DNA of 64,000 bases, from the IMG/VR virus record IMGVR_UViG_3300042401_001180; one strand, written 5' to 3'. Positions 38,552-46,960 of this stretch are shown here, one piece after another. The notes below the pieces were generated by a model. The model ran no database searches and had not been told where the DNA came from. It saw only the letters and a list, made by a program, of their open reading frames with translations. This DNA comes from a virus. Lineage: Duplodnaviria; Heunggongvirae; Uroviricota; Caudoviricetes. Position numbers and translations under genes: made by a program. Position 1 is the first letter of the stretch. Each line of letters opens with the position of its first letter.

Positions 38552-39229
38552 TTATTGTTTATTTTCTGTTGCGTATTTAATACCCATAATAGTTCCCACT
38601 ATTGAGAATGCGTTTGTTAGAAGTATACCAAATATGTTTGACCAAGCAGCCCCTATAACTTGAGTGTCTTTACCTATTACAAGTGTAAAGACATATACTC
38701 CTGTGGTAACAATACCAACACCAATAATGATGTATAGAGCAACTCTAACAATTGTTGATATCAGTTCTGTTTGGTTTTTCTTTTGGAGTATGTCCAAGTC
38801 ATTTAATGCGTTTGTCTTAGATTCTTCAGCCCTTATTCTTGCACTTTCAGATTTAATCATCTCCTTTTGTAGTTCTTGTTGAATCTTTTCGTTCTCTTCT
38901 CTCCAATCAATTAACTCACCATTCTGTTTTTCTATTTGTGTCTTTTGTTCTTCAGCCTCTTTTAGTGTTGATTGAATATCTTCCATCATTTTTTGATTCT
39001 GTTCGTTTAACGTTACAAGTTCTTCATTTTGTTTTTGTATTTTTTTTGTCATCTCAAGACGTTTTCTTCTTTTGTCCCCGTCTTTTGTTTCACAATCCTT
39101 TAAATACTTTTTAAAGTCCTCATCATTTTCAGTATCAATAAGTTTAGTAATATTACCTTCAAGACCTATACCTTTTTTAAGGTATAAGTCCATCAATGTT
39201 TTTTTAGTGTTACTATCTATTTTTATCAT
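38552..39229 (-). CDS. coiled-coil protein with C-terminal double TM (putative lysis accessory: holin/antiholin/spanin-like)
   Basis: Long Q/E/K heptad region, then two hydrophobic helices. Lies between the receiver gene and the endolysin gene. Confidence 0.45.
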   Translation of the reverse strand: MIKIDSNTKKTLMDLYLKKGIGLEGNITKLIDTENDEDFKKYLKDCETKDGDKRRKRLEMTKKIQKQNEELVTLNEQNQKMMEDIQSTLKEAEEQKTQIEKQNGELIDWREENEKIQQELQKEMIKSESARIRAEESKTNALNDLDILQKKNQTELISTIVRVALYIIIGVGIVTTGVYVFTLVIGKDTQVIGAAWSNIFGILLTNAFSIVGTIMGIKYATENKQ

Positions 39230-39663
39230 TTGTAAACTTTAAATGGTAATGTTCGATTTTTGTAACCGTCATAATCTTTTCTAAACTCTTCTAAACGTGG
39301 TTCAATGTCATCTGATTTGATAATCCAAAATTGAGCTCCTGCCTGAACAGCCTTTGCTTGTTCTTCTGGTTCATTACTTGATGATATAATCCCAATAACT
39401 ACGTGATTACCGTACTCAAAATTAATTTTTCTAATTAACTCAATACCATCAAAAGAACTACCAATGATGTTTAAATCAACAAACACACATTCAGGTTTAT
39501 TATTATCGTCCCCACTTTTGAACCATTTTTCAAATTTCTTTGCCGCTTCGTCAGAGCTATTTAACGCATTTAAAGACAAACTTATGTCCAATAAAGAACA
39601 CGCATCTTCAAATACTAAGTGGAATAAATCCTCATCATCAACTAATAATATTGAATCAATCAT
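39226..39663 (-). CDS. orphan response-regulator receiver domain protein (CheY-like)
   Basis: ILLVDDED acidic pocket, VFVDLNIIGSSFDG phospho-acceptor Asp, IGIISSS, and FWIIKSDD lysine all at canonical positions. No output domain. Confidence 0.7.
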   Translation of the reverse strand: MIDSILLVDDEDLFHLVFEDACSLLDISLSLNALNSSDEAAKKFEKWFKSGDDNNKPECVFVDLNIIGSSFDGIELIRKINFEYGNHVVIGIISSSNEPEEQAKAVQAGAQFWIIKSDDIEPRLEEFRKDYDGYKNRTLPFKVYK

Positions 39664-39678
39664 TTTTGTTTTTTGTTT

Positions 39679-41124
39679 TTATTTGTTTATTTTAATTTTA
39701 ATTTTTGTTCCTGTTTCTAGTTTTTCAAACTCCATATTAAATCCGTGTTCTTCTAATATTGTTTTAGTGATTCCTAACCCTAAACCACTTTCAGAATCCG
39801 CATCTTTTTTTATTTTTCCACCAGTAACATTTTCAAATTCTTTTTGTGTAAAACCAATACCATTATCCTCAACAATCAAATCATTGTTTTCCATATAAAT
39901 TTTAACAATTTTAGTATCACTATTATTATATCTTAGCCCATTTTTAATTAAGTTATCAATAGCATTCCAAAATAAAGTTTCATTGACATTTAATGTTACT
40001 AAATCATCAAGTTCTACTTGATTTTTATATGAAGTATTTGTTAAATATTTTAATAATGATTCTTTTATATCAACCATATCTCTATCTAACACTACAGTAT
40101 GTTTTACAAGGTTTGTAAATTCATAAACACTTTTATAAACCTTCTGTGTGTGAGCCAACCCATCTTTTATCATTTTAATTGGGGATGTTATCTTTAGGTT
40201 GTTCATCTCGTCTACTGAAATTCTTTTTTCTAATGATGATAACCCTCTTGGGATATATGTGTTAATACCTGAGTGCATATCGTGTCTTATGATTCTAGCC
40301 GCATACTCCAAGTAAGTGTTTTTCTTATTGATATCTCTTAACTGACTTTCAATTTCAACATCTTGCACTTTAATCGTTTTTCTTTGTGTTAATACAACCA
40401 GAGTTAGAACCAAGATAAAAAGTATTATAGACGCCCAAATTAAATACATCTTTAATTTATTTCTCTCAACCTTTAAATCTTTGGTTTCTACTTTTAGTCC
40501 TCCATTTTCAAGGTTTAGTCCAATAATTTTTTTCTCCTTACCTAACGTTTTTATTGTCTCGTCTTTGGCATTAATAACATCTTTACTCTCACCATTTTTA
40601 AGAAGTTGTTCTTTTTCTTCAATTAATTTTTGTAACTTACCTTCAATTTCATTTGCAAGTTTTTTCATATCTGAAGGAGAAACATTATCATAAGATTTTG
40701 GTAAACTACTTAAAAATTCTTTATCCTTAGCCAAACTAGCAGCAACATCCGCAGATACTTCATCCACTTCAGGTACCTCGTCTTTTGGTGTCTCAAATAC
40801 GACTTCAGGTGCCAACTCTACAACATCAACATACCCTTTAACCCTTTCAAGGTACCAGTCAGCTGCGTCATACGCCCCCCTTTTATTTAGTAAGACACCA
40901 ATCTCCCTACATACATTTGCTTCAGATTTTGTAATATTTTTTTTAGATTTTAATAGATTATTAATCCCCACCTTATTAATAAGTTCTGTGATTTTAGAAT
41001 CATTAGGACACGTAGGGATTCCCTGGTTCAAAACAATTTCATTTGATTGTTTTTTTATTGTTTGGGAATTTAGATTAGTGAAACTAATTAAAAATAATAA
41101 AATTAATAATATAGTATTTTTCAT
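39679..41124 (-). CDS. sensor histidine kinase with signal peptide, ~220-aa extracytoplasmic domain, one TM
   Basis: H-box YAARIIRHDMHSGINTYIPRGLSSLEKR. HATPase_c N-box NAIDNLIKNGLRY, G1 EDNGIGF, G2 GLGLGI. Confidence 0.75.
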   Translation of the reverse strand: MKNTILLILLFLISFTNLNSQTIKKQSNEIVLNQGIPTCPNDSKITELINKVGINNLLKSKKNITKSEANVCREIGVLLNKRGAYDAADWYLERVKGYVDVVELAPEVVFETPKDEVPEVDEVSADVAASLAKDKEFLSSLPKSYDNVSPSDMKKLANEIEGKLQKLIEEKEQLLKNGESKDVINAKDETIKTLGKEKKIIGLNLENGGLKVETKDLKVERNKLKMYLIWASIILFILVLTLVVLTQRKTIKVQDVEIESQLRDINKKNTYLEYAARIIRHDMHSGINTYIPRGLSSLEKRISVDEMNNLKITSPIKMIKDGLAHTQKVYKSVYEFTNLVKHTVVLDRDMVDIKESLLKYLTNTSYKNQVELDDLVTLNVNETLFWNAIDNLIKNGLRYNNSDTKIVKIYMENNDLIVEDNGIGFTQKEFENVTGGKIKKDADSESGLGLGITKTILEEHGFNMEFEKLETGTKIKIKINK

Positions 41125-41126
41125 AA

Positions 41127-41723
41127 TTATAGTTTGATTTTATATGGATATCTAACAACAACAGGTCTCCATTTTTCTTTATAGTTTAATTCCCAATTTA
41201 ATCCAGGTTCTTGGGGATATTGTATATTGTATTTTTTCCATTCATTGTCCTGAGACACCGGACATCTCCTTACCAAGGAAAAATTACCTGTACGTCTATT
41301 ACCTATAAAAAAGTAACTACTTAAATCAATTGACATTATACTTGTATCTGAATATGAGTAGTATAAATAAGCATTGTCTACTGATGCGGTATATAACCAA
41401 TGCTCAATAGTATTAACTTTATTTTGTAAACTATCGTAAGTGTAAAACTTATGTTTAATTACAGTATCCAAACTATCAATAACATAAACTCTTCGATTAC
41501 AAACCTCAGTTAAACTATCAATTATTTTTTCTTGGATAGAAATATCTTCCTTATACCCATTAACTCTATATCTTTGGTTACTTAATAATAATTCAATATC
41601 TCTATATTGTTCTGTAGTCATTATAACCACAGAATCACCTTTAAGTTTTGTCTGTACTGGATAGTTTTGTGATAAACTTAAAAATGATATAATTGTAAAT
41701 AATAATGTTATAACTTTTCTCAT
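41127..41723 (-). CDS. secreted protein (198 aa) encoded between the two kinase genes
   Basis: Signal peptide. ATGA and 3-nt junctions to the flanking kinase genes. Confidence 0.5.
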   Translation of the reverse strand: MRKVITLLFTIISFLSLSQNYPVQTKLKGDSVVIMTTEQYRDIELLLSNQRYRVNGYKEDISIQEKIIDSLTEVCNRRVYVIDSLDTVIKHKFYTYDSLQNKVNTIEHWLYTASVDNAYLYYSYSDTSIMSIDLSSYFFIGNRRTGNFSLVRRCPVSQDNEWKKYNIQYPQEPGLNWELNYKEKWRPVVVRYPYKIKL

Positions 41724-43339
41724 TTAAATTTAATTTTCATTTTAGTTCCTATTTCATTTTTTTCACAGGTTATATCAAATCCGTGTTCTTCTAATATTGC
41801 AACACAAATATTTAATCCTAACCCTGTTCCTGATTCTTTTTGTCCTTCTTTTCTTGTATACGGTTTTGATAGGTGATCAAAATCTTCTTGGGTAATACCT
41901 CTACCATTATCTTGTATGTATACATATTTTTCATCTGAAGTTATTTTAACGAATTTGGTATCAGAATCATTATACTTCAACCCATTTCTAATTAAATTGT
42001 CAACTGCGGTACAGAATAGTGGTTCGTTTACTTCTATTGTTGGTAAATCCTCAATGATAACTTGACTACTATATGCGGTTGATGATAGATAATCGTCAAG
42101 TATACTTTTTAAATTACACTCTACTTTATTTAAAACCACATCTTTTTTAACTAGATTTGTAAACTCATACACCCCTTTATATACTTTTTGTGAGTGTTTT
42201 AATCCTTCTTTAATCATTTTAATTGGTGCTTCAATTTTTAATGATGCGATATCCTCAGAACTTAATCTTCTCTCTAAAGAACTTAATCCTCTAGGCATAT
42301 ATGTATTAATACCTGAGTGCATATCGTGTCTTAATATCTTTGCGGCATGTTCTAAGTAAGTGTTTTTCTTTTCTATTTCTTTCCTTTGTTCGTAAGAGTT
42401 AGTAATATCTGTTGCAATTTTCATAATACGATAAATCTTACCGTCTACACCAATAATAGGATTGTAAGTTGCTTGAAGATAAATTAAGTTTCCATCTTTT
42501 TTCTTTCTAATGATTTCACCCATAAAAAAATGCCCTTCTTTTAAAGTGTTCCAAAAGTTTGAATATTCTTCAGAGTCTTCTACTCCATCTTCAACAAATA
42601 TACTATGATGTTTACCAACGAGTTCATTTTGCGAATCATAACCTAAAGTACTTAAGAATAAATCATTTGCAAATTTTATGTTACCATCTAAATCAAATTC
42701 GATAACGGCATTTGATCTGTTAATTGCATTCATTCTATTTGATATTTCTTGTTCAGTCTTTTTTAAAGAAGTTAAGTCTTGACGAATTGACATAAACTCT
42801 AACAATTTACCATTTTCATCAAAACTACATTTAATAAAAGTATCCACATAATAAAGACTTCCGTCTTTTGCTCGATTAATACAAACTGAGTTCCAAAGCC
42901 CTTTATCTACAACAACAGTTTTGTACATATCAGACCAAAACTCTTTTGGGTGTGTTCCAGAATTTACAATATTGTGATCTTTACCAAGAACATCTTCTAA
43001 TGAATAACCTGAGATTTCGGTAAATTTTTGATTAACGTAGGTAATCTTTCCTTTTGCATCGGCTTTAGATATGATGGAAGAAGAGTTTAAGAAATGTTCT
43101 AATTCTACCAACTTATCCACCGATTCTTTAGATACGGTATCTTTTGTAGATTTAATAAAATCTTTAATTAATAATATTGATATGGGAATGTATGATATAA
43201 CCCCAAAGAATTCTAACCATCTAGTGATTTCTGTGGATTCTCGTAAACCAACAAGAACCGAAATTTTAACACACATATAAGTAACCATCAGTAATGCTGC
43301 GATAACTAATGTGATTTTTATTCTTAAACGATATTTCAT
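41720..43339 (-). CDS. sensor histidine kinase with N-terminal TM segments and two PAS domains
   Basis: PAS-like blocks (ITYVNQKFTEISGYSLEDVLGKDHNIVNSG...; KFANDLFLSTLGYDSQNELVGKHHSIF...). Same H-box as the other kinase (HDMHSGINTYMPRGLSSLERR). HATPase NLIRNGLKYN, DNGRGIT, GTGLGL. Confidence 0.8.
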   Translation of the reverse strand: MKYRLRIKITLVIAALLMVTYMCVKISVLVGLRESTEITRWLEFFGVISYIPISILLIKDFIKSTKDTVSKESVDKLVELEHFLNSSSIISKADAKGKITYVNQKFTEISGYSLEDVLGKDHNIVNSGTHPKEFWSDMYKTVVVDKGLWNSVCINRAKDGSLYYVDTFIKCSFDENGKLLEFMSIRQDLTSLKKTEQEISNRMNAINRSNAVIEFDLDGNIKFANDLFLSTLGYDSQNELVGKHHSIFVEDGVEDSEEYSNFWNTLKEGHFFMGEIIRKKKDGNLIYLQATYNPIIGVDGKIYRIMKIATDITNSYEQRKEIEKKNTYLEHAAKILRHDMHSGINTYMPRGLSSLERRLSSEDIASLKIEAPIKMIKEGLKHSQKVYKGVYEFTNLVKKDVVLNKVECNLKSILDDYLSSTAYSSQVIIEDLPTIEVNEPLFCTAVDNLIRNGLKYNDSDTKFVKITSDEKYVYIQDNGRGITQEDFDHLSKPYTRKEGQKESGTGLGLNICVAILEEHGFDITCEKNEIGTKMKIKFK

Positions 43340-43554
43340 ATTAATAAATATGACAATACCCTAAAAAAAACTATTTACTTTTTTTGTGTTTTAAATAAGA
43401 GACTACTAAAATTCCAATCATAATAATTGGGACAATGAACGCAACAATGATTTCCATAAACTTTTTTTTAATAAATAATAAACTATATCAATAAAACTAT
43501 AACAAATGAACAAAGTGGTTGTTTAAATTAACAACCACCTCATTTAAATTAATA

Positions 43555-44289
43555 TTACACCATTTTCAACAAGATGTCCGCCGTCCCCTCCCAAGTTTTG
43601 ATTTGAGATTTTGGAATCCAAAACTCCATCTCACCGATTTCGTCAACACGTTTCATATAGTCCAAACGGAAAGACTCAGCTTGTGACTTGTCAGTGATGT
43701 AAGGAACACCTACGTGTTTAGCACATGTCTTACCCAACCCAGTCAACATTGAGAACTCATCTGTAAGTGTTTTCATACAACAAGTACAAACCGATCCACG
43801 TTTGATTGTAAGTTTCGCTGCGAATTTCACAGCTTTAGGTGAAATAGAAATAACCTTAGTGATATCCAAAAGAATTGGGTTGAATTTCAAACCGTAACTC
43901 TCTTTAAGAGATACCCCCGTCTTACGTCCAATTTTAATCGTATCTCCGATTGCTGGAATGTTCAAATGAACAGTTGCTGCTTTGTTCTCTTCTTTTTGGA
44001 TTTGATTCAAAGCGACTGAGATTTGTTTGTCAGACAATTTTCCGTATTGTGCAAGTTTACCTTTCAATTCGATAACGAAAGAATTCTCACCCTCGTATGC
44101 TGCGATTTTTTTCATATCGTCAGTCATCTCAACAGCTTTCGCTTCCACAGGATTGTTAAATATTTTCTCAACCGCAGTTCTTTGATTAACTGTTAATGAG
44201 CCATATTTACTCATAGCGTCTTTCATTTTCAAGATGAAAGAGTTAGTTCCTTTGTAGTTCTTTACTTGTGTTGTGATGTCAGTTGCCAT
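43555..44289 (-). CDS. hypothetical protein with internal ~30-aa duplication (start revised to MATDITT)
   Basis: A -7 box TATCTTTGTA overlaps the first ATG of the track ORF, so the second Met was chosen. Internal repeat NSF[IV][LI][KE][ML]K...YG.L...Q. Confidence 0.5.
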   Translation of the reverse strand: MATDITTQVKNYKGTNSFILKMKDAMSKYGSLTVNQRTAVEKIFNNPVEAKAVEMTDDMKKIAAYEGENSFVIELKGKLAQYGKLSDKQISVALNQIQKEENKAATVHLNIPAIGDTIKIGRKTGVSLKESYGLKFNPILLDITKVISISPKAVKFAAKLTIKRGSVCTCCMKTLTDEFSMLTGLGKTCAKHVGVPYITDKSQAESFRLDYMKRVDEIGEMEFWIPKSQIKTWEGTADILLKMV

Positions 44290-44309
44290 ATTTTTCCGTT
44301 TTGATTTAT

Positions 44310-44319
44310 ACAAAGATAG
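44310..44319 (-). promoter_or_regulatory. Bacteroidetes-type -7 box
   Basis: Minus strand CTATCTTTGT (TAnnTTTG). Confidence 0.4.
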
Positions 44320-44359
44320 GTAAAATACTTATACCGCCAAACATATTGGTAAAAAAATA

Positions 44360-44430
44360 ATAAAATTTGTGATTAGTAAAGGATTCGAACCAATGACACG
44401 TCCATAAAATGGATTGCTCTAACCAACTGA
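44360..44430 (-). tRNA. tRNA-like gene, possibly Lys(TTT); weak anticodon and T stems
   Basis: Acceptor GGTTAGT/ACTAATC and D-arm GCTC/GAGC are good, with a GGTTCGAATCC T-loop. The anticodon loop ATTTTAT is closed by only 3 bp. Confidence 0.4.
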
Positions 44431-44517
44431 GCTAACTAACCATATAAAATATAAATAATAATATTCAGGTTGTCAATAATTCACATACATTTTAAATACT
44501 AAATATATTTATTTTAT

Positions 44518-45150
44518 ATGAAAAATATAATCAAAAGAGTTTTAAAAGAATTTGTTGAATCAAAAGATATTACACTGCAAGAGATTTTTATAGATCCTTA
44601 CAATTTAATTTTATCTGAAGGTAAGTCTTTTGTAAAAATACCAAACGGTACCGAATCAATATTATTAAGAAAAATAGAATCATATTATAATTGGCCACCA
44701 ACAGTAAATAAAATATGGTGTTCCGATATTAAAGAAAAGTTTAAGGAAGGTATACCTATAAAGTCATGTTTAAAAAAGTTTGAATTAAGTTTAACAAATC
44801 ATTGGATTCAAAGATTGTTTAGAACAAGTGAGGACGATTATAAATTGTTAAACCCTCGAACAGGTAATGTTGGTAAGTTTTATAACCCTTCTATTGTTAA
44901 TCCTGATATTTTTGAGGGTATTGAGTTATTTTTTAACAGTAAAGATAAGATTAATGATTTTATTGATAACTCAAAAAACTGGATTCCTTTAAGTGATAAA
45001 TTCATAATTTTAAAGTCAAAATCCTATCAAACAATTATAGAATTAAAAAAAATGGATCAGGGAACATATAGGGTAATATTCATAACACAAATCAAAGGTG
45101 TTCCGTTTTTTGATACCCCTGAGTTGAAAAAATCAAGATTAATAAAATAA
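44518..45150 (+). CDS. hypothetical protein (210 aa) with MKNIIKRVLKEF N-terminal family motif
   Basis: ORF followed by a terminator. Confidence 0.5.
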   Translation: MKNIIKRVLKEFVESKDITLQEIFIDPYNLILSEGKSFVKIPNGTESILLRKIESYYNWPPTVNKIWCSDIKEKFKEGIPIKSCLKKFELSLTNHWIQRLFRTSEDDYKLLNPRTGNVGKFYNPSIVNPDIFEGIELFFNSKDKINDFIDNSKNWIPLSDKFIILKSKSYQTIIELKKMDQGTYRVIFITQIKGVPFFDTPELKKSRLIK

Positions 45151-45152
45151 AA

Positions 45153-45185
45153 AAGGTGGGTTACCCCACCTCAGTTACACTTATT
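45153..45185. terminator. rho-independent terminator (minus-strand sense strongest)
   Basis: aaaaaaGGTGGGttaCCCCACC. The minus strand is followed by TTTTTTATTTT. Confidence 0.6.
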
Positions 45186-45405
45186 ATCGTCAAATGTACG
45201 ACGCCTGTTGGGTACTTACAGGTGAACCGATGATTACCGTCTTTCGACGTATTCGGGGGTACATCCCTCCTTTTCAATCACCCCACTAACCCCTAAAGGT
45301 TGGTGGATGACTTTTTATATGGAAAATCATAAAACCATTATCTCAATTCGATACATCAAAGATATATGTATTATATATAAATTCCAAACTTTTTAGTAAA
45401 TATTT
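45186..45405 (-). ncRNA. ORF-free, GC-enriched structured region (candidate ncRNA, function unknown)
   Basis: Nested hairpins (CGTCaaatgtaCGACG, CCGAtgattaccgtctttcgacgtatTCGG, GGGatgtaCCC). No ORF. Sits between the terminator and tRNA-Met. Confidence 0.3.
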
Positions 45406-45409
45406 TTTG

Positions 45410-45483
45410 TGGTCCTTGTTGGAATCGAACCAACCACCTACTGATTATGAGTCAGTTGCTCTAACCGAATGAGCTAAAGGACC
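45410..45483 (-). tRNA. tRNA-Met(CAT) (or Ile-LAU; anticodon CAT)
   Basis: Acceptor GGTCCTT/AAGGACC, D GCTC/GAGC, anticodon stem ACTGA/TCAGT with loop CTCATAA, T stem GTTGG/CCAAC. Confidence 0.8.
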
Positions 45484-45644
45484 TAATTGGTGGAGATTTG
45501 ATGCCAACGTATGATCACCCCTACGTCTCGTTTCTGCGTATTCGGTACTCCACCTTTGTAAGTTCCTCTTACTTACACCCCCATTCGTGGACTTTCCGAC
45601 ATCCCAATGGTTTTTACCGTCCTATCGGAGTCAGGTAACCGCTG

Positions 45645-45722
45645 ATGTCAGGGTGGGATTCGAACCCACAATGAACAACCTTTTTACGGGACTTGGTACC
45701 ATACCTCATTACACTCCTGACA
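45645..45722 (-). tRNA. atypical tRNA-like element (perfect 7-bp acceptor and T-arm, no canonical anticodon arm)
   Basis: Acceptor TGTCAGG/CCTGACA and T-arm GTGGG-TTCGAAT-CCCAC. The 44-nt internal region does not give a 5-bp/7-nt anticodon hairpin. Confidence 0.35.
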
Positions 45723-45887
45723 AACTTCGACTCTTCAGCTTTCTACTCCCAGCACCGAGGAATTGTATATAACTTAGCCCATCTCACCGCTGTGTGGGAA
45801 CTGAAGTTTATCGTCTTTTTCTTATCGTAAAGATAAACAATATAAATAATATAAACAATAATGGTGTCATAATTTTTTAAGTTTTTG

Positions 45888-45987
45888 TAGTCAGGACAGG
45901 ATTCGAACCTGTATGGTAATTTTTTCAGTACCTCCACAACCCATGGATTTACGTGGTCTTTGCGTCTACCAATTTCGCCACCTGGCT
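45888..45987 (-). tRNA. atypical 100-nt tRNA-like element (Leu-like 5' half GCCAGGTGGCGAAATTGGTAGACGC)
   Basis: Acceptor AGCCAGG/CCTGACT (one mismatch), Leu-like D-arm, T-arm ACAGG-TTCGAAT-CCTGT, variable-arm-like hairpin GGTActgaaaaaatTACC. The anticodon region is non-canonical with a 15-nt loop. Confidence 0.35.
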
Positions 45988-46320
45988 ATGTTGAGGGTGA
46001 GAAGCCCTCTGTGTTGTTGACTAGTTTAACCTACCCTAAAGTCATTTTAGGTACAACCGTTTTCTGTTTACTATGATGGTAAAGCTTTCACCACAAGGGC
46101 CGGTCTTCGTCAGCTCAATATCTATCCCTTTCTCAAGGGAACAACACAATATTGTTGATAGTGTTGGGATACCCGTCTCGTCCCAATCTTAACTGCATCG
46201 TCTGAGTTTTCTCAGGGCCCTCGGCAGGGGGTGCTGAATTCCTGATCCACTCAGGATTGTCGACATCCGTTGAGATGGGGGAAAACCACTATCAATATTT
46301 TCAAAGAACTTTTTTCCTTA
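45988..46320 (-). ncRNA. GC-enriched ORF-free structured region (candidate ncRNA; tmRNA or other not confirmed)
   Basis: ~330 nt with local GC well above the genome background (e.g. cagggccctcggcagggggtgctgaattcctgatccactcaggattgtcgac). Immediately downstream of promoter repeat copy 1. No ORF. Confidence 0.35.
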
Positions 46321-46380
46321 TTTGTTTAACAAAGATATGTAATCTATTTCAATCTACCAAATCTTTTTTTACTTTTTTTT
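46321..46380 (-). promoter_or_regulatory. repeated strong promoter module, copy 1 (A-rich UP-like tract, -33 TTTG, -7 TATCTTTG)
   Basis: Minus strand aaaaaaaagtaaaaaaagaTTTGgtagattgaaatagattacaTATCTTTGtt. Near-identical to 47640..47700. Confidence 0.55.
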
Positions 46381-46546
46381 GTGGGACCCGCTCCCCACAC
46401 TGAACTTGTACTTCGTTCTATTAAGCGTTTTTTTCAGTTTTTTTAACCAATCAGTATTCGTGTTAGTTTTAACAAATTTAAATCTTCCTGATTCGCAAGT
46501 TCCTGATAAAACTTCTCTCATCATTCATTTGTATTAATTGTTTATT

Positions 46547-46619
46547 TGGTGGACACTGTGGGAATCGAACCCATACGATCTGATTGCAAATCAGTCGACC
46601 TGCCGTCGGCATCAGGCCC
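46547..46619 (-). tRNA. tRNA-like element with encoded CCA; anticodon loop contains TTGCAA (Cys-GCA or Ala-TGC); acceptor stem does not pair
   Basis: T-arm ATGGG-TTCGATT-CCCAC and a 3' end AGTGTCC-A-CCA. The 5' region GGGCCTG... is not complementary. Possible pseudo-tRNA or part of a larger RNA. Confidence 0.3.
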
Positions 46620-46624
46620 ATTTG

Positions 46625-46696
46625 TGCGGGTAGAATGAATCGAACACTCATCTCCACATTGGAAGTGTGGAGTAATAACCATTATACGATACCCGC
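46625..46696 (-). tRNA. tRNA-Gly(TCC)
   Basis: Acceptor GCGGGTA/TACCCGC, anticodon stem CCACA/TGTGG with loop CTTCCAA, T-arm GAGTG-TTCGATT-CATTC. Confidence 0.8.
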
Positions 46697-46702
46697 TTAT
46701 TG

Positions 46703-46795
46703 TACTGACGGTTGGATTCGAACCAACGTTTTAAACTTACCGCTACAGGCATAGATGATATAAGCATCCACTGGTACGTCAGCATAATCGTCAGT
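46703..46795 (-). tRNA. atypical 93-nt tRNA-like element (perfect acceptor ACTGACG/CGTCAGT and T-arm; candidate anticodon hairpin GGATG-CTTATAT-CATCT; 25-nt variable region)
   Basis: Folding gives anticodon TAT with one GU pair, an aberrant D-arm and a very long variable region. Confidence 0.35.
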
Positions 46796-46867
46796 CTTTC
46801 CTGACCGTCACCCCCAACCCACAGGTATGAACCCGTATCGTAGTAAAGCTTGGTTGGCTATTAGTTG

Positions 46868-46939
46868 TTGCAGGAGAAGGGTTCGAACCTCCGACCTCAA
46901 GGTTATGAGCCTTGCGAGCTACCACTGCTCTATCCTGCG
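46868..46939 (-). tRNA. tRNA-Met(CAT), initiator-like (C1xA72 mismatch)
   Basis: Acceptor CGCAGGA/TCCTGCA with a C1-A72 mismatch, D GAGC/GCTC, anticodon stem CAAGG/CCTTG with loop CTCATAA, T-arm GGAGG-TTCGAAC-CCTTC. Confidence 0.7.
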
Positions 46940-46960
46940 ATATACCATTTGTAGTTTAGT

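Noticed and set aside
44330-44470. A tRNA-like sequence in a divergent intergenic region as a possible phage attachment site (attP) or integration module.
   Set aside because: No integrase or recombinase is present anywhere in the window, and the tRNA-like element is full-length rather than a 3' fragment. The genome otherwise looks strictly lytic.
45988-46320. Tried to read this GC-rich block, or the segments at 45186-45405 and 45480-45640, as a tmRNA (looked for GGGG 5' end, T-arm/CCA 3' end and an ...YALAA-stop tag frame).
   Set aside because: No convincing tag reading frame or matching acceptor pairing was found by eye. Left as an unassigned structured-RNA candidate pending covariance-model search.
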